Under the pieces are notes generated by a model. It made no database searches. It had not been told where the DNA came from and saw only the letters and a list, made by a program, of their open reading frames with translations. DNA of 64,000 nt from an uncultured Rivularia sp. (GTDB lineage: Bacteria > Cyanobacteriota > Cyanobacteriia > Cyanobacteriales > Nostocaceae). This document shows, piece by piece, positions 10,624 through 21,803 of this stretch. Numbering within the stretch: position 1 is the stretch's first letter; the number at the start of each line of letters is the position of its first letter. The position numbers and the translations under genes were made by a program. The DNA lies in contig OY762007.1 of assembly GCA_963665115.1 (NCBI GenBank), positions 2,016,001 to 2,080,000 of the forward strand. Direction: 5' to 3'.

Positions 10624-11556
10624 ATGAAACCTTGTTATTTGATTATGAGCCATAAAGATCCAGAACAAATCTATCGGCTTGTCTACACTATCAAAAAGCT
10701 TAGCCCCAATTCTCATATTCTATTAAGTCATGATTCGACAAATTGTAGCTTAGATGTATCAACTTTTAAAAAATTATCTGGAGTTGATGTCCAATTTGCG
10801 ACAGCAGAAAGAGCAGATTTTTCTCTAATTAACAAGTATTTTTGGGCTATTAATTACTTATTCAGTAATAATATAGATTTTGATTGGTTGATAACTCTTT
10901 CTGCCCAAGATTATCCAACTCAGCCCCTTTCAGAACTTGAGTTTTTGCTATCTACCACGGAATACGATGGCTTTTTAGAATTTTTCAAAGTTTTTAGTCC
11001 AGAAAGTGCGTGGAGTATTAAGGATGGCTCTCAGAGATATTTGTATAAATATAAAAAGCTGCTTTCATCTATACCTAAACCAATCAGAACAATACTGAAG
11101 GTACTCAAAGTTTTTAATTATTCACAACCTTTTTTCAGACTTGATTTTTCATATGGTTTGAGGCTTGGTATTAAACAGAAGTCTATATTTAATGATAATT
11201 TCAATTGTTATGGAGGTTCATTCTTTTCTATTTTATCTATGAAATGCGTGAAATACTTGAATGATTTTTATCAAAATAATCGTCAGATAGTTGAATATTA
11301 TAAATATGTTTTAGTCTCTGATGAAAGTTTTCTCCAAACTGTTTTAGTTAATAGCAATCAATTTAATCTACACAATGAATGCAAACACTATTATGATTTT
11401 TCTGATACTAGCTACGGGCATCCAGCAATATTAACAGAAAAAGATCATCATGCCATGATCCAAAAAAAATATTATTTTGCTCGCAAATTTGATATTAAGC
11501 TAGATAGCAATATTTTAGATATTTTAGACCAAGAATTTTTACTAAAAGTTAACTAA
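10624..11556 (+). CDS. Second GT14 glycosyltransferase (tandem paralog)
   Basis: MKPCYLIMSHKDPEQ, LSAQDYP, DESFLQT, FARKFD; ATG 10624 aligns with the paralog start. Confidence 0.88.
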   Translation: MKPCYLIMSHKDPEQIYRLVYTIKKLSPNSHILLSHDSTNCSLDVSTFKKLSGVDVQFATAERADFSLINKYFWAINYLFSNNIDFDWLITLSAQDYPTQPLSELEFLLSTTEYDGFLEFFKVFSPESAWSIKDGSQRYLYKYKKLLSSIPKPIRTILKVLKVFNYSQPFFRLDFSYGLRLGIKQKSIFNDNFNCYGGSFFSILSMKCVKYLNDFYQNNRQIVEYYKYVLVSDESFLQTVLVNSNQFNLHNECKHYYDFSDTSYGHPAILTEKDHHAMIQKKYYFARKFDIKLDSNILDILDQEFLLKVN

Positions 11557-11715
11557 TATTTTTTAGTTCGCTTTGTAAATTTGTTAGATTTATTTTTTCT
11601 CTGTTCCCTATTTCCATATCCAGTCTTTGCTCTTTTTCAACTATTTAATTAGCATATTAGTAAGAAAATAAACTTTATTCCATAGTTAATAATTAATCAT
11701 TAGGTCAAGATTATA

Positions 11716-12690
11716 ATGCCAAAAGTATCAGTTATCGTACCAGCTTACAACGGTCAAAGTACAATTTTAGAAACAATTAATTCTGTTTTACAGCAAAGTT
11801 TTACAGACTTTGAATTAATTGTAATCAATGATGGTTCTACCGATGGCACTTTGGAACTGTTATCAAATATAAAAGATGCCAGATTAAAAGTTTATTCTTA
11901 TAAGAATGGAGGTTTACCAGCAGCCCGAAATCGCGGTATAGTTCGTGCCACGGGAGAATTTTTATCTTTTATAGACGCTGATGATTTATGGACACCTGAT
12001 AAATTAGAGTTGCAACTTCAGGCTTTACAACAAAATCCTCAAGCAGGAGTTGCTTACAGTTGGACGATTTGTATGGGAAATAATGGAAATTTATTTCACC
12101 CCGGTGTATCTGAAAGTTTTCAAGGTAATGTTTACCCCGATTTACTAGTAGGTAACTTTATTGGCAGTGGATCGAATGTTTTAGTTCGTAGAGAAGCAAT
12201 TGAATCGGTAGGCTATTTTGATGAGAGCTTGAAGTCATGCGAAGACTGGGATTACTGGTTGCGATTAGCACCGAAATGGGAGTTCGCAGTTGTTCCTAAA
12301 CCTCAAATTATTTATCGATTATCTTCGGGGGCTATGTCAAGCAAGCTCGATGTGATGGAAAAATATCAAACTTTGGTTTTAGAAAGAGCTTTTGCATCGG
12401 CACCTTTAGAACTTCAGCCTTTAAAGAATCGAGGTTTTGCTTATATTTATTTATTTATGACACGACTTTACTTGAGTCGGGCTAATGATGCAAAAGTTGT
12501 TAAACAAGCCACTCAAAAATTATGGAAAGCTATTCGTTTTTCCCCGAAAATATTATTAAGTAAAGAGGCTCAGCTTTTATCAATTAAACTAATCATATTA
12601 CGAATACTTTCTCCAAAAATTGCTTCTAGGTTTTTAAACAGAAGTGTTACTGTTCGTAACGTTGCCGATCCCAGGTTACAAACTAGCTAA
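11716..12690 (+). CDS. Glycosyltransferase family 2
   Basis: VSVIVPAYN, INDGSTD, FIDADD, CEDWDYWLR. Confidence 0.92.
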   Translation: MPKVSVIVPAYNGQSTILETINSVLQQSFTDFELIVINDGSTDGTLELLSNIKDARLKVYSYKNGGLPAARNRGIVRATGEFLSFIDADDLWTPDKLELQLQALQQNPQAGVAYSWTICMGNNGNLFHPGVSESFQGNVYPDLLVGNFIGSGSNVLVRREAIESVGYFDESLKSCEDWDYWLRLAPKWEFAVVPKPQIIYRLSSGAMSSKLDVMEKYQTLVLERAFASAPLELQPLKNRGFAYIYLFMTRLYLSRANDAKVVKQATQKLWKAIRFSPKILLSKEAQLLSIKLIILRILSPKIASRFLNRSVTVRNVADPRLQTS

Positions 12691-13007
12691 TTTATAAATT
12701 TAAAGTTATGAGTTAAGAGTTAAGAGCAAAATGTATTTAGAAGTAAATTGCTTTTTTCTCTGACTAGAGTCAAATACAGTCCTTTATAAACTTAAATGGC
12801 AAAATGCATGAAACATTTTAATAAGCGAACTGTACTCTATTGAATTTACCTCAATTCCTAACATGATTTATTGATATTGCTTCTTCTAGCAATCCCATTT
12901 TTTTTCTACTGTCTCTCTAAAAACTAAAGATATTTAATCGAACTAAATTCTGTTAGTATTTGAATTACTACCAGTTTTTTTTGTGCCATTACATCTATCA
13001 AACCACT

Positions 13008-14058
13008 ATGAATCATCAACAAATGAACAAAAAAGTATCGGTGATTATTCCGCTGTATAATGCAGAGAAATATATCGGCAGAACCCTACAATCTGTTTTA
13101 AATCAAACATATGAGAATCTAGAAATTATCATTGTCGATGATGAATCACCCGATCGCAGCGTTAAAATTTGCGAGCAGTTTAGTGACTCCAGAATTAAAA
13201 TTTTACATCAAAAAAATCGAGGCTTACCTGGTTCTAGAAATACGGGTATCCGTCATGCTAGCGGCGATTATATCGCATTTATAGATGCCGATGATATTTG
13301 GTTGCCAGAAAAGTTAGCAAAGCATATCGCTCATTTGGAAAGTCATCCAGATGTGGGAGTAAGTTTTAGTCGTTCTGCTTTTATCGATGAAACAGATAGA
13401 CCCTTTAGGTATTTATCAAATTACTAAGCTTCAAGATATTACTCCTCTCGATATTCTTTGTCGCAGTCCAATTGGAAATGGTTCTGCTGCGGTTTTCAGA
13501 AAAGCTGTTTTTGAAGATATCAAGTTTCAAAAGAATCTTTATGGTTATGTAGAAGATTATTATTTTGACGATACTTTTACGCTCTCTGAAGATATTGAAT
13601 GTTGGATCAGAATCGCGATTCAAACTAACTGGAAATTTGCAGGTATTGCTCAACCATTAACTCTTTACAGAATTAATTCTAATGGTCTCTCAGCTAATCT
13701 TCAGCAGATGATTAACTATAGAGAACAGGTTTTTGAAAAAGCTTCCTCTTATGCTCCAGAACAAATGGCGCGTTGGTTAAAACCTGCAAGAGCTTATCAT
13801 TTAAGGTACGTTGCAAGAAGGGCTATAACTATTAATAAAGGAATTTTTGCGTTGAAACTTATGTGCCGTTCGATTGTGAATTACTGGCCAATTATTATAG
13901 AAGATTTTCAGCGTACCTTTGAAACTATTGCTGCTGCTATTTTACTTTGCGTTGTACCGAAGCCTGTATACGAGAAAGTTAAATTGTTCGCTTTGAAGAT
14001 AATCGGAAATTTGCAACAGAAAAGTATTAATAAAGATAAATTGAGTGAAGCATCATAA
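13008..14058 (+). CDS. Glycosyltransferase family 2; frameshift at ~13402
   Basis: VSVIIPLYN, FIDADD, SEDIECWIR; extra C at 13401-13403. Confidence 0.87.
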
Positions 14059-14155
14059 AAAAAAGTGATCTTATAAAGTCTATAGATGTGAGATGGCTGC
14101 TAGTTTTTACCTGCAAAAATCGCCCGTTGCTTATCGAAATTACCAATCAACCAAT

Positions 14156-14488
14156 ATGCAAACTAAACTTCTAAGCCCTAGATGTACGGTGGTAGAACCT
14201 CAAAATTCAATTACAGCCGCAAACGCTTATTTGTTTGAAAGAAAACTAGCTACAGCATTAAGAAAAAACTCTCATTCCAAATTATTAGTCGATCTAAAAC
14301 AAGTGGAACATATAGATAGTGCTGGGTTGATGGCATTAATATCTAGCTGCAAATTAGCTCAAAGTTTACAAACACGCTTTAGCCTTTGCTCAGTTTCCCC
14401 TTCCTTAAAAATTGTCATTGAACTAACTCAGCTCGATCGCGTATTAGAGATATTTGAGTCTAAAGCCAAATATACAGAATCGCTGTAG
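14156..14488 (+). CDS. STAS-domain anti-sigma factor antagonist
   Basis: VDLKQVEHIDSAGL, ELTQLDRVLEIF; start could also be 14093. Confidence 0.88.
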   Translation: MQTKLLSPRCTVVEPQNSITAANAYLFERKLATALRKNSHSKLLVDLKQVEHIDSAGLMALISSCKLAQSLQTRFSLCSVSPSLKIVIELTQLDRVLEIFESKAKYTESL

Positions 14489-14512
14489 TACAGATATCTA
14501 GCTATTTAAAAA

Positions 14513-16673
14513 ATGCGTTTTTTCAATCTACTTAATCGTCGTCAGCAGCGAATATTTGGCATCGCCTTTATCGTACTAGCTACATTTTTTGTTTCGTTTT
14601 CCTTTAATTCCAATCAAGCTGTTCGCAATATATCCCAACAAATTACTGTAGCCAAAGCTCGTTCTCAACAGTATCCTTCTTTAGGTACTGCGAATGTTGC
14701 CATCGGTGGGGGAGGTTATGTAACTGGAATTTACCTTCATCCAAAAGAGCGTAATTTAGTTTATATAAAAACCGATATTGGTGGTTTTTATCGGTGGAAT
14801 CCCGCGAATTCAACTTGGATACCGCTTAACGAACAGTTTTCCTTGGCTAATAGCAACTACTACGGAGGAGAAGCTTTAGCGCTTGACCCTAAAGACCCTA
14901 ATATTGTATACATTGCTGTAGGGAAATATACTGCCGATTGGTGGCAGTCTCAAGGAACAATTCTCAAATCTTTAGATAGAGGCAGAACTTGGACTAAGCT
15001 AAATCTGGATTTGAAGATGGGTGGCAACGAATCACAAAGATGGACTGGTGAAAGATTAGCGGTTAATCCTTTCAACTCTAAAAATCTATTTTTTGGTTCT
15101 CGTCAAGATGGGTTGTGGAAGTCAGACAATGGTGGCCAAAGTTGGGCTAAAGTCAAATCATTTCCCATACTCAATGACGATATTGGCATCAACGCTATTA
15201 CTTTTGATAGATACAAAAAAGGCACTATCTATGGATTAGCTCATAAAAATGGAATATATAAATCGATTGATACGGGTAAAACGTGGAATAAAATTTCACA
15301 AAGTCTTGCCGAAGTCAACCGTATCGCCATAGGAAATGAGGATACTTTATATGTAACTCATGCCGGGGGTGTTAGTAAATTTGTTAACGGTAGTTGGAAA
15401 GATATTACCCCTCAACAAAACAAATTAGCTTTTAATGCTGTTAGCGTTAATCCTAAAAATAGGGAAGATGTTATGGTTGCTACCTATAGTGACTCATATA
15501 CACAGATATTCCATTCTTTTGATGGTGGAAGTAAATGGACTCAGCAGAAACGGCAAGCCAATAATACAGTTTCGTGGTGGTCTGACTATATGAAGTCAAA
15601 ACCTTCCGTAGCCAGTATCGAATTTGACCCTTGGAATGCAAGTAGGGTTTGGTTAACAGACTGGTATGGGATATGGCGAACTGATAATATCAATCGCAAT
15701 CCAGTTGTGTGGACAAATTATCAACGGGGACATGAAGAGATTGTCACCTTTACGTTGGTTGCAACACCCTCGGGAGCATTAATCAGCGGTTTAGCAGATG
15801 TTGAAGGATTTTACCATGACCGGGGACTAAATGCTTATCCGTCGAAAATGTTGAGTAGCAAACCTCATGATTTTCAAGACACTTACAGCATTGCTTACAG
15901 CCAAAAAAGTCCTTTAAAAATGGTGCGAGTGGGGGGGAATCGTCATAACAATACTTATAGCGGCGCAACTTCTAGCGATGGTGGAAAAACTTGGGAGAAG
16001 TTTTCCAGTTTTCCCAAGAATCAATTGGCGACGCGAGTAGCCATGTCTGCAACCGATCCCAATTTATTTGTTGTTACCCTCAGCGGTACTCAACCTCTGC
16101 GAACAACGGATGGCGGTGCTTCTTGGCTTCCGGTTTCTGGTTTACCCAATGGATTTGAGGGAAATTGGAATTGGACGCAACCTTTAGTAGCAGACAAAGT
16201 TGACGGCAATACGTTTTACTATTACGCCGATGGAAAAGTTTATCGCAGCAGTAACGGTGGTAAATCTTTTGAAGTCGTTTCTGAATCGTTACCCCATGCA
16301 GATTGGCACTCTTTAAAAACTGTTTCAGGAGTTAAAGGTGAATTATGGCTGAGTCTGGACGATCGAGGGACTTTACCGCTCAACCGATGGAGGAAATAAT
16401 TTTACCCGAATTAAAGGAGTAAATAGAGCATATTTGATTGCATTAGGCAAGCCTAAAACTGGAAATAAAGGTAATGCATTATATCTATATGGAGAAATTG
16501 CTAACCAAGGAAAAGGTATATTTCGTTCTTTAAATAATGGACAAATTTGGCAGCGAATAGGCGATAAAAACAAACCTATCGGTAACGATCCAAACGTAAT
16601 GGAAGCTAGTTCCACAGAGTTTGGTTTAGTTTTTATTGGCACCAACGGTAGAGGCATTTACTACGGTAAATAG
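14513..16673 (+). CDS. Exported GH74 (xyloglucanase-like) beta-propeller protein; frameshift at ~16368
   Basis: N-terminal hydrophobic segment, GGGGYVTGI..HP, TDIGG, Asp-box repeats S.D.G.TW, SGLADVEG, C-terminal GTNGRGIYYG. Confidence 0.8.
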
Positions 16674-16713
16674 TTGAATAATTTAGAACTCTAGATAATT
16701 TTAATAAAAAACA

Positions 16714-17523
16714 ATGACTACAAATAACGTCTGCATCCACCAATTTGATGAAGTCGAATTACTTGGCACTAAGTTTCATAAAGTCAGAGTCCAAGAATTA
16801 ATTAATTTTATTGTTAGCTCAGCAGGTATTGATAAAAAAACCCTAGTCGGGAATGTCAACGTTCGAGCAATGAATTTTGCTTGCGAAATGCCTTGGTACA
16901 AAGATTTTATTAACAGATCGGATTTAGTCTTTTGCGATGGATTTGGCGTATTATTAGGTGCCAAAATGTGCGGTTGTGGGATAAATTCGGAACATCGTAT
17001 GACTTGCCCCGACTACATAGAAAACTTGGCTTCCGCTTGCGAACGAGAGAATGTTTCGCTGTATTTGCTTGCAGGTAAGCCTGGTGTTGTCGATAAAGCA
17101 ATTGAGAAGTTGCAAGTTATTGCACCCAAATTAAATGTAAAAGGACATCATGGTTACTTTCATAAATCTGGCATAGAAAATGAATACGTTGTTAATGAAA
17201 TTAATCAGTTTAAGCCAGATGTATTATATGTTGGCTTCGGAATGCCATTGCAAGAACGTTGGATAATTGATAATTTTGACCGAATTGATGCAAAAGTGTT
17301 TCTACCTTTGGGTGCTTGCTTAGACTTTTATACGGGTGCAGTATATCGTGGTCCCCGCTGGATGACTAATCGCGGACTTGAATGGTTATCCCGAATATTT
17401 ACCGAACCAAAAAGATTGTGGCAACGTTACGTTATAGGTAATCCGCTGTTTTTCTACCGTCTTCTCAAAGAACGCTTCGTAAAACTTTTTAAGAAGGGCA
17501 GTAAAGCGTCTTCAACATATTAA
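16714..17523 (+). CDS. WecB/TagA/CpsF (GT26) glycosyltransferase
   Basis: DLVFCDGFG, HHGYF, VGFGMPLQERW, GLEWLSRIFTEPKRLWQRY. Confidence 0.93.
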   Translation: MTTNNVCIHQFDEVELLGTKFHKVRVQELINFIVSSAGIDKKTLVGNVNVRAMNFACEMPWYKDFINRSDLVFCDGFGVLLGAKMCGCGINSEHRMTCPDYIENLASACERENVSLYLLAGKPGVVDKAIEKLQVIAPKLNVKGHHGYFHKSGIENEYVVNEINQFKPDVLYVGFGMPLQERWIIDNFDRIDAKVFLPLGACLDFYTGAVYRGPRWMTNRGLEWLSRIFTEPKRLWQRYVIGNPLFFYRLLKERFVKLFKKGSKASSTY

Positions 17524-17824
17524 GATAGATTGCATTTTTTTATCAAATTAACTCGATCGCTTTTAGTTAATTTGATATTAAATCTATTAACCGAAGAAAA
17601 TGTTTTATTTTACTTTTGAAGCAAAATAAAAAATAGCAAAACATCGATACAATACGGGTATTTATCAAAGCTTAAAAAATATTAAAATTTGGAAATAACT
17701 TTTTGATATTTTTCAAATAGCTATATGCAAATCTTGTCAGTGAATGAAGCAAGATTTAATATCCCTGAATTTAGCAATTTATAACAATCATGCGAACAGT
17801 GTTTATAGAGGTGTAATACTAATT

Positions 17825-19252
17825 ATGGCTTATCGTTCTCTACCAGGAGTAAATTTTCGACCTGACTTAAGATCGGCTAAAGGTGCAAACTTAAGAAAAG
17901 GAATTACAATCAGATTCCTTCGAGTTGTAACTCTTGTTTCATCAGATGTAATTGCTCTAAGTTTAGCGTGGACTTTAGCAATAAATTTCGGCACGTTTTT
18001 AGAATCAGCTTGGACGAAAAAGCCTTCATTTATCCTACTAATCCTGATAGTTGGCATTGGTATGATTGCAACTAAGGGTTTATATTTGCCCGGTATTTAT
18101 CGTCGTAATTATGCTGCGTTAATAAAAGCCGTTACCCTTTCAGAAATTTTATTACTATTAATTGCTTTCCTGTACGAACCAGATGGTTACGTTTCCCGGT
18201 CTAGCTTTTTAATATTTTGGCTACTATCGGTAACTTTTACCTGCACGGGACGCTTGATATTTGATTTTTCAACTAAACTATTGCGTAAAAAAGGGGCAAT
18301 TCGCTATCCCATTTTTGTGATTACCGATCCAGACGACAGAGACGATTATATCAAGTTTATTCAGAAGGAAAATTGTTATACTCTCGAAGGTATTGCTGAC
18401 TCAGAAAGTCTGGATAGAGAGAATAGAGAAGCAACCTTTGATTTTCTAAAACAACAAGGTATAGTTGAGACTTTTGTTTCTTGGAATGCAATTAAGAATC
18501 GCCTATATATTTGCTGGCATTTCCAAACTGCTGGTATTACTTTACGAATTTTGCCAACAACCGATCGCATTTATCATCCCAAATCAACACTTTGGAAAAT
18601 TGGTAATATTCCTTGTTTAACAATTCCCGCACCAATTATTGCAGGTAGCGACTTTTGGATTAAACGGTGTTTCGACCTTTGTTGTTCGATTATTTTATTA
18701 ATGCTGTTTTCACCTTTATATCTGTTAATTTCTTTACTTATTAAATTAGATTCTCCCGGTCCAATATTTTTTAGACAAGAGCGAATTGGTTTACACTGTA
18801 AGAAATTTAAAATTTGGAAATTCCGCACGATGGTAACGAATGCGGAAAAATTACAGGCAAACTTGGAAGCTAAAAATGAAATAAAAGATGGGGTTCTGTT
18901 TAAAATGAAAGATGACCCCCGGATTACAAAAATTGGTAAGTTTCTACGTCTTTACAGCTTGGATGAATTACCTCAATTATTCAATGTGTTATTAGGTGAT
19001 ATGAGTTTAGTTGGTCCTCGCCCTCTTCCTGTAAGAGATGTTGAAAAATTTCTAACACCGCACTTTATTCGACAAGAAGTTTTACCAGGCATTACAGGTT
19101 TGTGGCAAGTTTCAGGTCGTTCTAACATCGAAAAATTTGAAGATGCAGTCAAATTAGATATTAGTTACATTGAGAACTGGTCTATCCTTTTGGATATGAG
19201 AATTTTACTGCAAACAGTACGAGTTGTTTTGCAAAAAACGGGTGCTTATTAA
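17825..19252 (+). CDS. Priming undecaprenyl-phosphate sugar transferase (WcaJ/CpsE-like)
   Basis: N-terminal TMs; KFRTM, DDPRIT, SLDELPQLFNVL.GDMSLVGPRP, PGITGLWQVSGR. Confidence 0.93.
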   Translation: MAYRSLPGVNFRPDLRSAKGANLRKGITIRFLRVVTLVSSDVIALSLAWTLAINFGTFLESAWTKKPSFILLILIVGIGMIATKGLYLPGIYRRNYAALIKAVTLSEILLLLIAFLYEPDGYVSRSSFLIFWLLSVTFTCTGRLIFDFSTKLLRKKGAIRYPIFVITDPDDRDDYIKFIQKENCYTLEGIADSESLDRENREATFDFLKQQGIVETFVSWNAIKNRLYICWHFQTAGITLRILPTTDRIYHPKSTLWKIGNIPCLTIPAPIIAGSDFWIKRCFDLCCSIILLMLFSPLYLLISLLIKLDSPGPIFFRQERIGLHCKKFKIWKFRTMVTNAEKLQANLEAKNEIKDGVLFKMKDDPRITKIGKFLRLYSLDELPQLFNVLLGDMSLVGPRPLPVRDVEKFLTPHFIRQEVLPGITGLWQVSGRSNIEKFEDAVKLDISYIENWSILLDMRILLQTVRVVLQKTGAY

Positions 19253-19690
19253 TAAGTCATATTTCCATCGGGGAGAGAGTTTTGATCTTAATTACTACTC
19301 CCCGTAACAAATGAAGGCGAAAAAACTTTTTAGTATAGCTTGCGACATTTAATTTTGTGCTATATGATTTAGATATAAAATATTAACTAATTCACAAATT
19401 TATCATTATATTTTTGTTGATATCAAACAAGGGCTTTTGTATTAATTATTATTTGACGGAATAAAAATAATGGTTTTAATGTTTATCTATGAATATTTAT
19501 AAATTATTTATATTTTTTCTTCATAATGGAAAATAATTGGATAGTATATAAAAAAATCAATAATAATGAATAATTTCTATATATATCTATTTACTTATCG
19601 ATAAAAATTAAATATTTAAATTTTGTTATATAAGTCTATTTTTTCAATAGACCTACATGATAATTGACTTGAGTTATAAGGGTCATCAGG

Positions 19691-20407
19691 ATGATAAAAA
19701 GTAATAGCTTCAGTAGAATATCTTTAAAAGAAAGATTGCTCACTACCATTTTCGGTGGTATTCCGAATCTTTTTTTAGGTAAAAAATTAAGGAATTTGGT
19801 ATATCGAAGCCTTTTGAATCGGATAGGTAAATCTGTTAATATTCAACATTTTGTAGAGCTTATTGGAACTCCTTGGATTGAAATTGGTAATCAGGTAAGT
19901 CTTTTGAAAGGAGTGCAAATTAATGCTTTAGGGCATCCAAATAATAAGGTACATATAAAAGATCGAGCTAGATTAGAACGCGGTGTAGATATTCGCTCGC
20001 TGCACGATACACATATAATAATTGACGAAAATGCATATATCGGTCCCTATGTCACTATTAGCGGTACGGGAGATATAAAAATTGGTAAAAACTGCTTAAT
20101 TGCACCACATTGTGGAATATTCGCGAACAATCATATTTTTACAGATCCGACTCGAACTATTGAAGAACAAGGTACAACTCGTCAGGGAATTGTAATTGAA
20201 GATGACTGTTGGTTAGGGCATAACGTTACGGTATTAGATGGAGTGATTATTGGAAAAGGAAGTATTATTGGTGCGGGTTCCGTTGTTAATAAGAGCATTC
20301 CTCCCTTTTCTATCGCAGTAGGTACACCAGCAAGAATTATTAGAAATCGTCTTGATAGAGAAACACCAAACTTCTCATCACAACTATCATCAAAAATTCC
20401 AACCTAG
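19691..20407 (+). CDS. Hexapeptide-repeat acyltransferase
   Basis: IVIEDDCWLGHNVTVLDGVIIGKGSIIGAGSVV, GTPARII. Confidence 0.9.
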   Translation: MIKSNSFSRISLKERLLTTIFGGIPNLFLGKKLRNLVYRSLLNRIGKSVNIQHFVELIGTPWIEIGNQVSLLKGVQINALGHPNNKVHIKDRARLERGVDIRSLHDTHIIIDENAYIGPYVTISGTGDIKIGKNCLIAPHCGIFANNHIFTDPTRTIEEQGTTRQGIVIEDDCWLGHNVTVLDGVIIGKGSIIGAGSVVNKSIPPFSIAVGTPARIIRNRLDRETPNFSSQLSSKIPT

Positions 20408-20723
20408 TTTTTGTTCGACATCGAATTTTATATTGATAATTTCGACTTAATACTCTATCGAACTAAAGCTGCCGAGTGAAAGCCAGCGCGGGACAATCTA
20501 AAAATTTCCAAAACTGAGAATCCCAATTTATGATTTTAAATTGCCCCGATCTGTTTTTCCCAAAAGGGACAAGCAAATCAATCGTAAATCTAAAATTGAA
20601 ATGACCAGCAACTATCTGAATTTCAGCAAAAGTAAAGCCATTTTTGGTAGATGCAATTCTGTGCGAAAAAAGTGGATGAATTTCTTGTTTAATTAATAAG
20701 TATTTAATTCATCCACTGCCGAC

Positions 20724-21803
20724 TTATCTCATGAGTAGGTTTGACAAAAAACGGGAATAACCGTTCTTTTCAAATTTATTGCCCATTACTTTGCGATAAA
20801 CATCCAAGTAACCATCTACCATGCTTTTTATACTGTAATGCTGCTCGACATGAGCGCGACACACAAGTCGATCTATTTCTCCCAAACGTTGAACCGCCTT
20901 AACAAAATCATCAACGCTGTCGCATAAAAAGCCTGTTTTTCCATCTGCAATTACTTCTGGTACCGAACCCATTGGTTTCGCAAGTACCGGAGTTCCCGCA
21001 GCCATCGATTCTGTCATTACTAATCCAAAAGGCTCTCTCCAAGTTATGGGAAATAACATGGCGATCGCACCACCCAAAAGTTCATTTTTCTCGAAGTGAT
21101 TAGCTTCGCCCAAATATTCTATATGCTTGCCATCAATATGAGGCTTAATTTTGCTCTCGAAATAATCCACATCAACTCTATCGACTTTACCAGCGATCTT
21201 TAAAGGTACGCCGGATTTCTGAGCAATTTCGATAGCGATGTGAGTGCCTTTTTCCGGAGAAATTCTTCCCAGAAAGGCTAAATAGGGGGAAGACTGCGAT
21301 TGAGCGTAAAAACGATGGCTTTCAGTATCGATACCGTTATACACTGTTGCAGCGTAATTCAACTCCTTTATCGGTTCGCGTTGGGAATCTGAAATGCTTA
21401 CATAGTGCTGTTCGCGTGCTTCGGTATATATCTGCTTGGTGTCTGAATTGAAAGCACCGTGTAGGGTATGAACCGTTGGAGTTTCAACAAAACCAGCGTG
21501 AAAGAGAGAAGTATAACCAACGTGAGAATGAATTACATCAAAGTTTCCAGCTTGCTTATAAACTCGGCTTAACTGTAAAGCTTCATAAGCAGAATACTCT
21601 GTTATAGAAGGTTCCAGACGAAAAGCACGGGGATAAACAGACTCTAGCTTTGCTAAAGTTAATGAATCTCCTGAAGCAAACAAAGTCACTTCATGTCCTC
21701 GTCGGACTAATTCATCGGTCAACAATCCTACGACCAACTCAACACCACCATAACCGGGGGGAGGAACTCTCTCCCACAGCGGAGCAACTTGAGCTATTCG
21801 CAT
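20724..21803 (-). CDS. Glycosyltransferase family 4
   Basis: MRIAQVAPLWERVPP.GYGG, GRISPEKG, EPFGLVMTESMAAGTPV. Confidence 0.93.
   Translation of the reverse strand: MRIAQVAPLWERVPPPGYGGVELVVGLLTDELVRRGHEVTLFASGDSLTLAKLESVYPRAFRLEPSITEYSAYEALQLSRVYKQAGNFDVIHSHVGYTSLFHAGFVETPTVHTLHGAFNSDTKQIYTEAREQHYVSISDSQREPIKELNYAATVYNGIDTESHRFYAQSQSSPYLAFLGRISPEKGTHIAIEIAQKSGVPLKIAGKVDRVDVDYFESKIKPHIDGKHIEYLGEANHFEKNELLGGAIAMLFPITWREPFGLVMTESMAAGTPVLAKPMGSVPEVIADGKTGFLCDSVDDFVKAVQRLGEIDRLVCRAHVEQHYSIKSMVDGYLDVYRKVMGNKFEKNGYSRFLSNLLMR

Noticed and set aside
4618..16369. Phase variation or decay of the EPS cluster
   Set aside because: The same indel signature occurs in pyrC, ldpA and GH65; the runs are short and both halves of each gene are otherwise intact
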